DNA of 64,000 bases from positions 53,495 through 117,494 of the forward strand of contig CAVYTH010000003.1 in NCBI GenBank assembly GCA_963771345.1, in the 5' to 3' direction. The translations under genes were made by a program, and so were the position numbers. Of the stretch, positions 62,801 to 64,000 are shown one piece after another (position 1 is the first letter of the stretch; each line of letters begins with the position of its first letter). The notes under the pieces are model-generated. The model had not been told where the DNA came from. It searched no databases and was given only the letters and a program-made list of their open reading frames with translations. Source of the DNA: an uncultured Actinomycetota bacterium (lineage in GTDB: Bacteria; Actinomycetota; Actinomycetes; JACCUZ01).

Positions 62801-63577
62801 CTACGATCGAGGCTCCCATCGCATCGAACGTCTCGCGAGAAACGTCGCCAGCACAGCCCAAGCGGTGAGGACCAGAAGCGGCTCGCCGGCGGCCGCCCAG
62901 GTGTCGCTGAGCACGAGTGTCCGGTCTGTGCTGCCGGTCTCGAATCCGAACCAGCTGACGTGCACCAGGTCGGTGATCGCTGCGCCTGGCGTCAGGTCGG
63001 TCCAACGGCGAACGTTCTCAGGGAAAGTGGTCGCAACCTGACCGAGAACGACCAGGACGATGACCGGCATGCTCGTGAGCTGCGCAGCCTCCGCGTTGCG
63101 CGTCCATGCGGCCGTCCAGCAGGCGAAGGCGACAAACAGCAGCAGAGTCACACCCACAGTCACTACGTACAGCAGCGGATTGACCGGCAGGTCCTGCCCG
63201 AGGGCGACCGCGATCGGAACCGCCAGGGCTGAGGTGGTGAGTGCCACGACGAGTCCGGGGAGTGCAAGGGAGCCGATGATTTCGGCGTCCGTGCTCTCCC
63301 CGGTACGTAGGCGTTTGAGGACGAGCTCGTCGCGGCGCGTCACGAACTGGGAGAGCAGGGTTGCGTAGACGGGGAACAGCGCGGCCATCAGGAGCGCAGT
63401 GATCAACGCGTTCGCGCCTGCGCCGGCGGAGCTGTCGTCGCCGACCAGAAGGAGTCCGAGTGGCAGCAAGGGCAGTACGACGGCATAGATCAACGTCAAC
63501 CGGTTGCGCGCCACCAAGGTGGCATTGGCGCGGGCCAGGCCCGCGATGCGTTGCGGCGAGATCTCGAGGAGCGTCAT
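62801..63577 (-). CDS. ABC-2-type exporter permease
   Basis: Intact 258-aa ORF with about 6 TM segments. Its start overlaps the stop of the upstream ATPase gene. Confidence 0.75.
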   Translation of the reverse strand: MTLLEISPQRIAGLARANATLVARNRLTLIYAVVLPLLPLGLLLVGDDSSAGAGANALITALLMAALFPVYATLLSQFVTRRDELVLKRLRTGESTDAEIIGSLALPGLVVALTTSALAVPIAVALGQDLPVNPLLYVVTVGVTLLLFVAFACWTAAWTRNAEAAQLTSMPVIVLVVLGQVATTFPENVRRWTDLTPGAAITDLVHVSWFGFETGSTDRTLVLSDTWAAAGEPLLVLTAWAVLATFLARRSMRWEPRS

Positions 63578-64000
63578 CGGGTTGCTGCTTCCATTGTGCT
63601 AGCGGATTCATCTGGATCGTTGTCGCCGGAGGCGATCGCGAGGAAGACGGACTCGAGCGACGCGTTGCGCGCCTCGAGGTTGGACAGGCGCACGTCGCAC
63701 TGAGCGGCCTGTCCGAGCAGAGCGTGCAGGGTGCTCTGGAGGTCGTGGGTGTGCACCGTGGTCATACCGCTTTGGGTCGCAACCCGGACGGCGCCCCGCA
63801 AGTCGTCGAGACCGACCAGTGCAGGAACGTCTTCGAACCGGATGGTCGAGGCCTGGTCGGCACCGAGCTGGGCAGGCGTCCCCTCCCGGACAATCCGACC
63901 GGCATGCATGATCGCTACCCGGTCGGCCAGCTCCTCGGCCTCCTCGAGGTGGTGGGTCGTCGAGAAGCACCGACCGACCCCGATCCCGCAGATCTGCGAC
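63574..64000 (-). pseudogene. ABC transporter ATP-binding protein (5' part outside the window), apparent frameshift
   Basis: ORF 63574..63909 carries the C-terminal domain. Upstream, the same frame reads TTHHLEEAEELADRVAIMHAGRIVREGTPAQL (H-loop region), while the preceding VADLRDRGRSVLL is in another frame (extra base around 63960). Confidence 0.75.

Overview
64 kb of very GC-rich (by eye about 70% or more) actinobacterial chromosome, densely coding on both strands: about 70 genes, 3 tRNAs and RNase P RNA. Most of it is conserved core: a response regulator next to a MoxR-DUF58-VWA-protease operon; dnaG plus a sigma-70; topoisomerase IB; tRNA-Asn and tRNA-Met; arylsulfatase; M6 metalloprotease; aquaporin; a gluABCD-like ABC importer; sulfotransferase; a STAS protein; GH3 hexosaminidase; the FAS-II operon (MabR/FasR-like regulator, fabD-fabH-acpP-fabF-accD); aceE; AhpE; tRNA-Val; the Nif3 / zinc-ribbon / RNase H-phosphatase trio; an LLM oxidoreductase plus CoA-transferase; a DUF222-HNH gene; an RNB ribonuclease; rnpB; and an ABC-2 exporter. 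From memory, the gene order around aceE-fabD and Nif3-RNase H resembles the Mycobacterium Rv2228c-Rv2247 neighbourhood. The only clearly accessory segment is a decayed integrative island of about 3.9 kb at tRNA-Met (11.4-15.4 kb). It is bounded by a 44-nt repeat of the tRNA 3' half and holds an integrase remnant plus about 1.8 kb of apparently non-coding DNA made of three diverged tandem copies of a hairpin-rich unit. The most conspicuous global property is that at least 34 genes cannot be read in one frame. Protein-like sequence simply continues in another frame, often several times per gene, and this includes essential genes. I suspect assembly indel errors rather than biology, and I type these genes as pseudogene, meaning frame-disrupted as sequenced. 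I found no CRISPR, no rRNA and no recognisable defence or toxin system, and no convincing novel multi-gene system. The best follow-up candidates are in findings. All family calls come from reading the translations and motifs by eye; no searches were run.
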